Part shown: positions 36,604 to 47,400 of the stretch, piece after piece
Layout: each line of letters begins with the position of its first letter
How positions within the stretch are numbered: the first letter of the stretch is position 1
Virus record (IMG/VR): IMGVR_UViG_3300002835_000097
Coordinates: 1 to 64,000 of that record
Reading direction: 5' to 3' (one strand)
DNA: 64,000 nucleotides
Source: a virus
Lineage: Duplodnaviria > Caudoviricetes
Notes under the pieces: model-generated
What the model was told of the DNA's origin: nothing
Seen by the model: the letters and a program-made list of their open reading frames with translations, nothing else
Database searches by the model: none
Program-made: the position numbers and the translations under genes

Positions 36604-37822
36604 TCTTAATAAAAGAATTTTTTATGCTACACAAAGTATTAATCTTCAACCAGTATCTACTGGAAATGCCGTCCCTATAAATTATAGAGACCCAAGTCAT
36701 TATGTTACTTATGGTCGATGGATTCAACCACTAGGTTTACAAAGTGCTGGTATAAGTACAACATTTAATAATGAACCAGTTTCTCAACTTGGAACATTAT
36801 CTATTTATACTCAAGTAGAAACATCTCCAGAAGTTGAAGTAACATTATCTAAATTAGTAGATGGAACAGCTCCTTTATATTCTTTATGCACAGCATGGAC
36901 CAATGGAACCGCTGTTGTATCTAAAAATAAAGATATTACTGAAATATCAACAAATATGGTTAATGCTAGATTTGCTGTTGCTAAAGATACTAGTTCTAAA
37001 GCTAGTGGAACACTTAGTCATCATACTTTATGCTCTGGTATGTATTTGAATAGTGTGTCTTTCACTTTCCCTGTTGATGGAAATGCTACTGAGCAAGTAA
37101 CATTAGCCGGTAGTAGAAAAACATGGGGTGGTTCAGTTACTGTTCCTAATGGGGCTGCTGCTGAGGCTCTTGGAGACTTAGCAAGTCTTGTTGTTAGAAG
37201 ACAGCATGTTGCAATAACTGGGGCTCTTGCTACGCTAAGCACAGTCAGAGATGAAAATGATAAAATTACAACTTTTCCTGCCTTTACTATGCTACCAACT
37301 GGAATACTAGTTCCATATAAGCGAGAAATTAACGGAGGAGAAGATACTCCTAAAGTACAAAATATAACAGTTAGTGCTTCTCTTAATAGAGAAAATATTA
37401 ATGAATTAGGATTCTTTGGTCCATATTACAAATATACCACATTTCCTATTGAAGTGACCAGTGAATTTGAATTGGTATCAGTATCTGGTGATTTTATCAA
37501 TGCTAATGATTTTATGGCTTATGACAATGAAGATAACCCCATCAGTTCTGCAACATGCGCAACAGATTATAGCAATACTCCTAATGAAGAAATTGTTATT
37601 AAAGTTTGTGGAGCAACAAATGCTGATGCTTTATATCTAGATCTTGGAACAAAGAATAGATTAACCTCAGTTAATTATACAGGAGGAGATACTGGTGGTG
37701 GTAATGCTACTGTTACATATAGCTATCAAACATTCAACAAGTTCAATGTTATTCCTGAGGGCTCTTATGCTAAATATCTTAGCCATAATGGATCAGCCTA
37801 TGCCTCTGGTACATTAACCTAA
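36596..37822 (+). CDS. tail tube / major tail protein, paralog 2
   Basis: Same motif series as paralog 1. Confidence 0.7.
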   Translation: MGNLNKRIFYATQSINLQPVSTGNAVPINYRDPSHYVTYGRWIQPLGLQSAGISTTFNNEPVSQLGTLSIYTQVETSPEVEVTLSKLVDGTAPLYSLCTAWTNGTAVVSKNKDITEISTNMVNARFAVAKDTSSKASGTLSHHTLCSGMYLNSVSFTFPVDGNATEQVTLAGSRKTWGGSVTVPNGAAAEALGDLASLVVRRQHVAITGALATLSTVRDENDKITTFPAFTMLPTGILVPYKREINGGEDTPKVQNITVSASLNRENINELGFFGPYYKYTTFPIEVTSEFELVSVSGDFINANDFMAYDNEDNPISSATCATDYSNTPNEEIVIKVCGATNADALYLDLGTKNRLTSVNYTGGDTGGGNATVTYSYQTFNKFNVIPEGSYAKYLSHNGSAYASGTLT

Positions 37823-37847
37823 ACATCAATTAAATAGGAGTTTTTAA

Positions 37848-38960
37848 ATGGGTAATAATAATAGAATTTTTTACGGCTCACAGATAGCTCAATTAAAACC
37901 ATCAACAACCGGAAATAAGTATGGTTCATGGTATCAGCCCCAAGGTGTTCAGAGTGTTGGATTCAATAATACACTATCTACTGAGCAGGCGTTTCAATTA
38001 GGTGCTATAGATATTTATGCTATTAGTGAGAATACTCCTGAAGTTGAAGTTACTATTAATAAGGCTCTAGACGGTACATGTCCTTTATATTTAATGGCCA
38101 TGGGTGGCGAAACTGGAATCGAAGGAGCTAATACTAGCAGCTTCACAGATTCAAATCAACTTAAAAATAAAGGTTTTGCTGGATTAGCATTTAATACTGT
38201 AGACTTTAGATTAGGAATATATAGTGATATTAAATCTACAGTTAATGGTACCACAACTGACTGGGTTGAATGTACTCCTATGTATTTATCTAGTTTAAAC
38301 TATACTTTCCCAGTGGATGGAAATGCTACTGAAGAAATCACTTTAGTTGGAAATAATAAAAAATGGGCTAAAAATAGTGGCGGTACTATGGGAGATATGA
38401 CAGCTGCCACAATAAATAAAACAGCTAATAAATTAGCTCGTAGACAGTATATAAATATTAGCGAATCAGTCTTACCAACAGGATTTAATGGAGTATTTAA
38501 AAGCGGCGGTTTGCCAACTGGTGTTGATGTTGATTTATACTTACAGAATATAACAATAAGTGCTAATCTTGGTCGTGAGCAAATTAACGAGCTTGGTCAG
38601 TTAGCTCCATACTATAGATATGCAACCTTTCCTGTTGAAGTTACTAGTGAATTTGAAATTATTGGTCAGGTCGGCGATTATATTACCGCAAATGACTTTA
38701 TATTTAGTAGTGGCTGTGGTGTTAACTATAATAATCTAACAGAATTTCCTATTAGATTAAAGATTTGTGGTAGTGGTGATCCTAGTAGCAATAATAATAG
38801 TTTACAATTCTATTTAGGTTCTGGTAATAAACTAACATCTGTTAATTATGCTGGTGGTGACACTGGTGGTGGAAATCTTACTATTACTTATGGTTTTAGA
38901 AACTATAATGATTTTTATGTTAGAGCCACCGGCAGTTATGCTGATGTGCCAACAGTATAA
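37848..38960 (+). CDS. tail tube / major tail protein, paralog 3
   Basis: Same motif series; AGGAG RBS. Confidence 0.7.
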   Translation: MGNNNRIFYGSQIAQLKPSTTGNKYGSWYQPQGVQSVGFNNTLSTEQAFQLGAIDIYAISENTPEVEVTINKALDGTCPLYLMAMGGETGIEGANTSSFTDSNQLKNKGFAGLAFNTVDFRLGIYSDIKSTVNGTTTDWVECTPMYLSSLNYTFPVDGNATEEITLVGNNKKWAKNSGGTMGDMTAATINKTANKLARRQYINISESVLPTGFNGVFKSGGLPTGVDVDLYLQNITISANLGREQINELGQLAPYYRYATFPVEVTSEFEIIGQVGDYITANDFIFSSGCGVNYNNLTEFPIRLKICGSGDPSSNNNSLQFYLGSGNKLTSVNYAGGDTGGGNLTITYGFRNYNDFYVRATGSYADVPTV

Positions 38961-39009
38961 TAAAAATATATTTAATTAGGAATTTATAGAACAAGGATTT
39001 AGGATTAAA

Positions 39010-39171
39010 ATGGATGAATTATTTCAGATAATAGGAAAATTGTATACCGATATGTATCATGCTCAAAAGTTTTTAGAAAATCTCCAGGAACAAATAAAAA
39101 TTAAGGATGGAGAAATCTTAGCACTTAAAAGTAAATTAGTAAACAGTCCTAAGGATAATATGGAAAAATAG
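39010..39171 (+). CDS. small coiled-coil protein (53 aa, below ORF-track cutoff)
   Basis: Translated by hand MDELFQIIGKLYTDMY...DNMEK; AGGA RBS. Confidence 0.6.
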   Translation: MDELFQIIGKLYTDMYHAQKFLENLQEQIKIKDGEILALKSKLVNSPKDNMEK

Positions 39172-39180
39172 TATAATGAT

Positions 39181-40194
39181 ATGGTGCAAGAATTAGAGAG
39201 GGATATATATAGAATATTGTCTGGGAAATTACTATTTTCTTATAATAAAAAAAAATATGTATTGACATTTCCTAAACCAATATTAAAATATAAAGCTAAT
39301 TTAATTTATGAATCTATTATTAATGATGAAAAGTATAATGAGTGGATCAGATTGGAAAATTTAGATAAATATATGCAATATATGGGGGTGTGGGAACCTG
39401 GGATGTCAGCATTTATGAAAAAATCAGAACAAGAAATAGATAATCTTAAAGTATCATTATATAATAATAGACTTAATGCAAAACTAACAAATAGAACAAA
39501 ATTACAATTAAATAATTTAAGAGCCAAACTAGGTCAGTTAAATGGAATCAAACAAACATACTATATGCAAACACTAGAGGGATATGCTGAAAGTATAAAA
39601 AATGAATTCATAATGGTTAATACCATTTACCATAATGGTAAAAAAGCTTTTGATAAATTTAAATCATTAAAAAATTCATTAAATAAATTTACTAATATTG
39701 TATCAGAAATAGACAAGCACGGACTTTCTGTATCAGACTATAGAAGAATTGCTAAATCTGATTTATGGAGATCTTTGTGGAATGTTGGAAAAACTAATAT
39801 ATTTAAAAATGCAGTATCAGAATGGACAGAAGAACAATTAACTATAGTCAGTTATAGTATGATGTATGACAGTGTATATGAGCATCCAGAAAAACCTACA
39901 GATAATGTTATCAATGATGATGATATGCTTGATGGATGGATGATAATACAACGTAGGGCAATAGAAAAATCAAAGAAACAAGATGAGATGTTAAAAACAA
40001 ATAATAAATTGGGTAAAGCACAAGAAGTATTTATTTTTACAGATTCTGATGAGGGTATCCAAGAAGTTATGTCAATGAATTCTGATGAAGCAATTATGGA
40101 TATTGCTCACAGAGAACATGTAATTAATAAATATCAACATATAGAACATACAGAATTACCAGATATTCAAAAAGAGACTAAAAATAGGAATTAA
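39181..40194 (+). CDS. hypothetical protein, possible tail assembly chaperone
   Basis: Helical protein between tube and TMP genes; YEHPEKP...DDDMLDGW. Confidence 0.5.
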   Translation: MVQELERDIYRILSGKLLFSYNKKKYVLTFPKPILKYKANLIYESIINDEKYNEWIRLENLDKYMQYMGVWEPGMSAFMKKSEQEIDNLKVSLYNNRLNAKLTNRTKLQLNNLRAKLGQLNGIKQTYYMQTLEGYAESIKNEFIMVNTIYHNGKKAFDKFKSLKNSLNKFTNIVSEIDKHGLSVSDYRRIAKSDLWRSLWNVGKTNIFKNAVSEWTEEQLTIVSYSMMYDSVYEHPEKPTDNVINDDDMLDGWMIIQRRAIEKSKKQDEMLKTNNKLGKAQEVFIFTDSDEGIQEVMSMNSDEAIMDIAHREHVINKYQHIEHTELPDIQKETKNRN

Positions 40195-40197
40195 TTT

Positions 40198-40491
40198 ATG
40201 GATTATCAACAACAACTAATTACTGAAATCGAAACACGATTAAAAACAACTATGATAGGTTCATTAGCAAGATTCGAACAATCTTTTGGTCATTTGTGGG
40301 AAGAACCGGGACCAGATCAGCAAGAATACATAGATCTTTGGGAGTATACTAGAAATTCTATTTTAAATAATGGAAATAAACAAATAAGATTAGCATTGGA
40401 GACTCTATCATCTGTGGTATATAGATCGTATAAAACTAAACAAACATATAATTTTAATAATAAGGAACTAGGAGATAAATATGAAAACTAA
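40198..40491 (+). CDS. hypothetical protein (97 aa)
   Basis: ORF in operon. Confidence 0.7.
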   Translation: MDYQQQLITEIETRLKTTMIGSLARFEQSFGHLWEEPGPDQQEYIDLWEYTRNSILNNGNKQIRLALETLSSVVYRSYKTKQTYNFNNKELGDKYEN

Positions 40492-41389
40492 AAATTTTAA
40501 GGTTACTATAGACGGTACAGAAAAAGAATTTGTTGTCAAGACACCATCATTAAATGATCAAAGAGAAGCACAAAAAGTGTATAATCAAGCTTTCACTGAT
40601 GCTATAAAAAGCAAAAGTGTTGTAAGAGCAAAGTTAGACGATCTTTTAGAAGATCAAGGTTTATGGAATGATGAGAAACAGGCTAAATTCACCACTTTAC
40701 AAAAAGAACTTTTAGACGGTGAAAAAAGACTAGCAAAGGGTGGATTTAGTTTAAATGAAGCCAAAGACCTAGCTATTAAAATGAAGGGCATTAGAGATGA
40801 GATACGAGATCTAATTAGTGTTAGAACTAGTTTAGATAATCATAGTGCCGAAGGTCAAGCTGATAATGCCAGGTTTAATTATTTGGTTAGTGTTTGTGTG
40901 GTGTATAATGATACTAAACAACCATACTTTAATAATATGGAAGATTATCTTAATAGGTCAACCGATCAGGTTGGTTTGTTAGGAGCGCAAAATTTGGCTA
41001 ATATGTTATATGGATTGGATAATGACTATGAAAGCAATCTGCCAGAAAACAAATTCTTAAAGAAATTTAAATTTGTTGACGATAAATTGCGACTTGTTGA
41101 TAAAAAAGGTAGGCTCGTTGATGCTGAAGGTAGACTAGTAGATGAAAGTGGTAGATTCATAGATGAAGAAGGGAATTTTGTTGATAAATATGGTAACAAG
41201 GTAAATTCTGATGGAGATTATCTGGTTGACCCTCAGCCGTTCCTTGATGATAATGGAAATCCAATTATTTTAGAAGAAGACAAAAAAGATGAACCAACAG
41301 CAGTACAAACAGAGACAGCAAAAGAACCCCCAGTTTCTGAACCACCAAAAAGCACTGTTGCAGAATCTACGGAGCCTGTTAGTTCATAA
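40481..41389 (+). CDS. putative tail assembly chaperone
   Basis: Directly upstream of TMP; coiled coil plus (V/I)D.xG(R/N) repeats; AGGAG RBS. Confidence 0.55.
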   Translation: MKTKNFKVTIDGTEKEFVVKTPSLNDQREAQKVYNQAFTDAIKSKSVVRAKLDDLLEDQGLWNDEKQAKFTTLQKELLDGEKRLAKGGFSLNEAKDLAIKMKGIRDEIRDLISVRTSLDNHSAEGQADNARFNYLVSVCVVYNDTKQPYFNNMEDYLNRSTDQVGLLGAQNLANMLYGLDNDYESNLPENKFLKKFKFVDDKLRLVDKKGRLVDAEGRLVDESGRFIDEEGNFVDKYGNKVNSDGDYLVDPQPFLDDNGNPIILEEDKKDEPTAVQTETAKEPPVSEPPKSTVAESTEPVSS

Positions 41390-41417
41390 TAAGATTAATA
41401 ATAATATTAATTTAATA

Positions 41418-41464
41418 GGTATTCCTAACCATGAGTTTAACCTTGTGGTTGGGAATATTTTTTT
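41418..41464 (+). terminator. intrinsic terminator-like hairpin before TMP
   Basis: 18-bp stem with G-U pairs (41418-41435 / 41442-41459), 6-nt loop, T run. Confidence 0.65.
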
Positions 41465-41493
41465 GGATCGTTAATTCTTTATAGGATAATATT

Positions 41494-44400
41494 ATGGCAA
41501 CTTTTAATCTAACAGCACAGTTGAATCTTAAAGGTCCAACAAACGTTAAGCAAATAGCTGCTCAAATTAAAAAAGATCTTGGCGCTCTTAATGCAAATGT
41601 ACAATTTAAACTTGATCCGGCAGCATCAAAAAATGTTGCAGCATTATCGTCTTCTTTAAAAGTTTTGAATGCTAATTTTGCCTCAACTGTCAAATCAGCC
41701 AATGCTGCCACATCAGCAATAAAGGCTTTTGGTAATAGCGTAAATTCTGTTAAAATTAACAATGTCCCTCAACAAATTAATCAAACTTCATCAGCAATTG
41801 CTAAATTAAATAAAGTATCCTCATCAACATCTGGAGGATTGCAAAATGCCGCAACAGAGATGCAGGAATTCGGCAAGCAAGCTGGTTTAGCAGTTAGAAG
41901 ATTCGTTGCATTTAGTGCTGTTACAAGTGTTATATATGGAGTAACAAATAGTATAAATAATGGTATACAGGCTTTTATTGATTATGATAAAGAGCTTGTA
42001 AAATTACAACAGGTTACTGGAGAATCTGCTGCCGGATTATCCAAACTACAATCTCAAATTAGTAATTTAGCTGTAGAATTTGGTGTTAGTTCTAAAGAGC
42101 TAACTCAAGTAGCATCAACATTAGCTCAGGCTGGTTTAAGTGCCAGAGAAACTGAGAAAGCTTTAAAAGCCTTAGCACTTAGTAGTTTAGCTCCGTCATT
42201 TGATAATATGAATGAGACTGTGGAAGGTAGTATTGCTATAATGAGACAGTTTGGTATTAGTGCTGCTGATTTGGAGGCATCATTAGGTGCGGTTAATACC
42301 GTGGCAGCAAGGTTCGCAGTAGAATCTAGTGACATCATTACCGCCGTGCAAAGAACAGGTAGCGTATTCGCTACTGCGAGTAAAGGGGTAAGCGAAGGAA
42401 AAGACGCTTTAAATGAATTTATTTCGGTATTTACCAGTGTTAGAGCAACTACCCGTGAAAGCGCTGAAACTATTGCTACTGGATTACGAACAATATTTAC
42501 TCGTATCCAAAGAGGAACAACGATAGACGCCCTAAAAGAGTTTGGTGTTAACTTAACAGATGCTGAGGGTAAGTTCGTTGGAGCGTATAAGGCTGTCGAA
42601 TTGTTAAGTAAAGGATTAGGTAAAATAGACCCTAGAAGTTTGGACTTTTCAAGAATAGTTGAAGAACTTGGTGGATTTAGACAAATTGGTAAAGTTATTC
42701 CATTAATTCAACAATTTAGTGTGGCTCAACAGGCGTTAAAAGTTGCTCAACAAGGACAAGGTTCGCTAGCTAAAGATGCAGCAACAGCACAATTAAGTTT
42801 AGCTAATCAAATAAGTAAAGTTCGTGAAGAATTTTTCTCACTATTTCGTGAAATAGGTCAATCCAAAGGATTTCAAAGTTTAATCAGAGGAGCGTTGTCT
42901 CTAACTAGTGGTTTGATAAAAGTAGCAGATGCTGTTAAAGGAATTCTACCAGCATTAGCAGTACTTGCAGCATTTAAGGGATTTAAAGCATTAACAGAAT
43001 TTACTACAGGATTTGCCACAGGAGTTAAAAGAGGACCAGATGGTAAAGCTAATGGCGGAGTTATAAGAAAATTCGCACGAGGTGGTGTTGTTCCTGGTAC
43101 TGGTAGTGGAGATACTGTACCAGCAATGTTAGAGCCAGGAGAATTTGTTATACGTAAAAAAGCTGTTGAAACTATTGGTACTGATAGTCTTCATAGTATG
43201 AATAAGTATGGAAGTGGTGGAAGTATACGAGCAGGAAAATCAAATAGAAGAAAAAGATTTGGGGGTGGAGGTAAACTATATGACGATATTGATGTTCAAG
43301 AATATTCTAAGTCTAACAAGCAGTATGCTGGTAGGCTCAAAGCTTATGATGCAGATAGTATAAATTTATTGGTTGATCCAACACAAACACTAGTTAATAA
43401 ACGTTTTAAAAAACTAACTGGCGATTTAATTTATCCTAGTGAAAAAGGTAAATTTAAAGTCACATCCAGACTTGAAGGAATAGATGCTTTTGAAATTAAA
43501 GCATCAAAAAAAGAAAGAGAAGAGTATGCTAGTCAAGGAGGAAAAGGTCCGGCATATGCTAGTAATAGAGAGAAAGGCAAAAGAGCCAAAGATATAACTA
43601 TAGATTTTATAAGTGGACTTGGTAAAGAAAAATTAGCTAAAATTTTTATCGACGCTAATAAAGTAGATTACTATGGCAGACCAATGGCGGAAATTGGTGC
43701 TCTTAATAAAAAATTAGTAGGAGAGAATGTTGCAAAATATAGTGGAACTAAAAAAGGTCAAGACATTATTCAAGCAGATAAACTAGCAAATAGACTAGAG
43801 ATAATGAAGAAAAATTCAGGATTCGGCAATACTAATAAGTCATCATGGGATAGGGTTATTAAAGATGATTATATGTTTAACTATATGCCAGCAGGATCTA
43901 AGGATAGGTTTAACAGTTCAGGGAATATAATACAAGACGACTCCCGGCCATTAAAAACTATCTCTGATATTGGTTTTATTAAGAAAATGACAGAGACTAA
44001 AGGATTGGCTAAGTTCATGGTTGGAGGAAAAGTAGAAAGAAAAATTGGAGTAGTTGATACGGACGTACTAAGAGATGAGGCTAATGCGGCGATAGTTAGG
44101 CCAGCAATGGAAAAGCTTGGAATAACTGATGTTAGTGACTATACAACAAAACTTGGAGAATTGGCAGGCAATGCTAGAAAAAGTGGATCGCTATCTAGGT
44201 TTAGAGCTATTGCTGGAGCTGCTGGAAGTGGAAAAAGCAGTTTAGCAACCGGAAAGGGAGCTAATGATGATGCTACTTTAAGAAAAACAATTCGCTCTCA
44301 AATATTAACGCCTGAAGATATAGACAAAGTTAATGAAGTTATAGTATTAACATCGACAGCTAGTCAGACTAAATTAGATGCTTATTTAAAAGATGTTGAT

Positions 44401-47400
44401 AGAGCATATGTATTAAGCTCTAATAGCAGAGAGGAACAAGATAGAGTTAGGTCAAATAGAGAGAGCAGAGACATTACAGGAGAAGGATTGTATGGTCGTA
44501 AACCAGGAACCACAAGAGCAGCTGATATTGATTTTGGTCTGGAAGAAACCATATTACGAGATGAACTTGGCAAAAGAGCCACAGTATTAGGAAGAAAAAA
44601 AGATAGTTTCGGTTTAAGACGTAAAAGAGAAAGCGAACTACCAGAAATAGTTCAGGCTGGTGGATTTTATATGGGTGGTTTTGCCCCACCAACAAGAGGC
44701 CATAGAGGAGCTTTAGATACTTTATTAGAAAACATGTTAGCAAAGAACCCAAACTCTTCTTTAGAAGATATTCTTGTTAGTGTTGCTCCTGACCTTCCAA
44801 TGATTGTTGATAAAGAAGGCATAGACCACGCTGCACGATATGGTATTTTCCCATCAGACATAAGAACCTTATTTAGCCAAATGAATTTTGGAAATGCTAT
44901 GATTAGCACTCAAAGCCAGACGGGTGGTGGTTTACCAAAATTTATGGAAGTTACTGATGCTGGAGATAGAAGAAAATTCGCCAGATTAAAAGGAGCCATG
45001 GCAATAACTTCTGGTAAAGACGATAAAACATTGGGCAAATACCAAAGAGCAGGAATAGACGTTACAGATATTCCTAGAATAGAAGATATTAGTGCTACTG
45101 CAGTTAGAGACGCATTATTTAATGGTGACGATAAAACACTTACTAGTTTAATGAATCCTGATATAGCATCAATATTAATGGGCAATAGAGCACAATTACG
45201 TAATCGTAGCACTATGGTTCCTATGCTCATCGAAGAAATACAAAAGTTTGTTGATCAAGATAAAGTACGATCCAATGCTGAGGTTACAGAAATATTATCA
45301 AATGCTCCTGGTGGTCCATATGGTAATGTTAGTGCTGATCTAAAGAAAAATTATCCAGAAATAGCTGAGCAAGTTAAGCAGATAAGAGACAAAAGAGATA
45401 GAGTATCTAAAGGAGCATTCGGCTATAGAGCATTTAATATAATAAGCGCCCTATCTGCCAAATATCCAGAAACTTATGGGTTAGACCCATCAAGAAAATC
45501 CGCCGTATCTGCGCAACCATCAGACATAACCAGAGAGGCCATAGCAGCACAAATTTCAGAACAGATGGCTGGTGAGTTTGGTGGAGTTCCAACAGCTATG
45601 CCTTCTGGACTAGAAGAGGCAATACTAAAAAATGTAGAAAAAGCCACCCAGGTCAAAAAGTCTTCTGGAATATTACCAACACAAGGATCAGAGATTCTAA
45701 AAAGATTTGGAACTCAAAGATTACCAAATGATCCAAGTTTTGGCCCATTCTCAGGAAAAACAGTAAGAGATACAGCCGAAGGAGGAAAATTAAAATACTG
45801 GAATTCTGCTTTTAGACCAGAAACAAAAGAAGATAAGCTCGCTTACTATATTGCAACAAGAGACTATCTAATAGACAAATTTAATGAATCACAAGGAATT
45901 CAAAAGGCTACAGCTCTAGAAGATACAACTAATGCTGTGTTATCTTCCAAACAATTAGGATTAGTTGGATTAAATCCGCTAGGATATACTGGATTATTGG
46001 GTCCAGAGACTTGGAATCTTGGAGTCGATCCGTCTGGCCAAGAAAGATCAATAGACGCTTCAATAGTACAAAGAGGACTACCAACAGAATTCCAAAACGT
46101 TATTGATTATCTTAGTGGACAAACAGCAGAAATAGTACAAGGAGCATCAAAGCTTCTTGGTATTACTCCTAAAGAATTAACTAAAAAACAAAGAGAAACA
46201 TTAGGACAAGGAAATATTGAGGGTGCTTTACTAGAACAAATTTTTGGATCAGCAGATGCCACAATATTAGACGATGCATTAAGAACAAGACCAATTGACT
46301 TTCCAATGGGTATCGGACCTAAAGCAGCAAAAATATTTGGTATCGATCCTGATATTCCAACAGAAGTTAAAAGAACAATAGATAGTAATAGTAGAGGTAA
46401 AGCTGTTGAAGAATTTCAAAAATATTTTAGACAACAATACGGCATTCCTGATCCAGAAAAAGTAACAGCTTTTGCTGACGGCGGAGAAGTATATACTCCA
46501 CAACAACTAGTCTCATTAGCCAAATACAGAACAGGACCATTTCCTGGTGGTGGAACTGATAGCGAATTTATAAATAGATATTTAGAAGATAATGATTCTT
46601 TCATGGAATATCTTAAAACTTTCCATGCTGATCCTCCAAAGGCGTATGATGCCACAAAGAATGCTGCAAAAGATTTATTGGAAATGTTTACTAGCCAAGA
46701 ATCAATGAGTGGCTCAAAGCGTTCTGGTAAATTATATTCCACTGTTGCTGGTGGTAAATTAAAAACCATTTTAACTCAAATTAATAATCCTTTAAACTCT
46801 AATAAAGATATTTCTGATGCTATTGGTAAAAACTTTAATTTAAATGGCTCATTATTATCAACTAGTGAATCCCCGGATACAGCTAGTGTATTTCAGCCAG
46901 AAAATGGTTCTAGTGCAATGTTGAGTATCATTAGAAATAAAAATATTCCATCTATTGATGTTGATAAGGCAATATTTGATACCTCCACAGAAGAAGATAT
47001 TATAAAAGCATTATCAAAATATATAGACCCTGTCTCTGGAAAAAGCGGAGCAGATTTTCTAAGCAGAAGTCGATCAGCAACACGAATAGAAAAAGAATTC
47101 ATTCTCCCACAAACTTCAAAATTTAGAATAGATGATATTGATAGAATATTTAGTAAAGATCAAGAAGATAAATTATTAGGTGGAAATATTCGTCATATAG
47201 AAGGAATGAAAGTTCAGCAGTTTAAAGATGGAGGAATGGCATTTGGTAAAGAAAATGAATTTGAAAAAATAAGACAAAAAATATTAAATCAATATCCAGA
47301 TATTAATTTTAGAATTTCCAGACGAAAGAATGGTTTTGGATACAATATATTAGGCGGACTAAAACAAGAAAGTAGTAACATTGGTAATTATGCAGAATTT

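Noticed and set aside
15844-40907. GGTGTATA copies at 15844 and 40900
   Set aside because: They lie inside coding sequence and not at the usual distance from a start; treated as background.
35389-41389. Contractile tail sheath or tail-chaperone frameshift
   Set aside because: No sheath-like PGVY-start protein was seen, and I could not identify a convincing slippery site.
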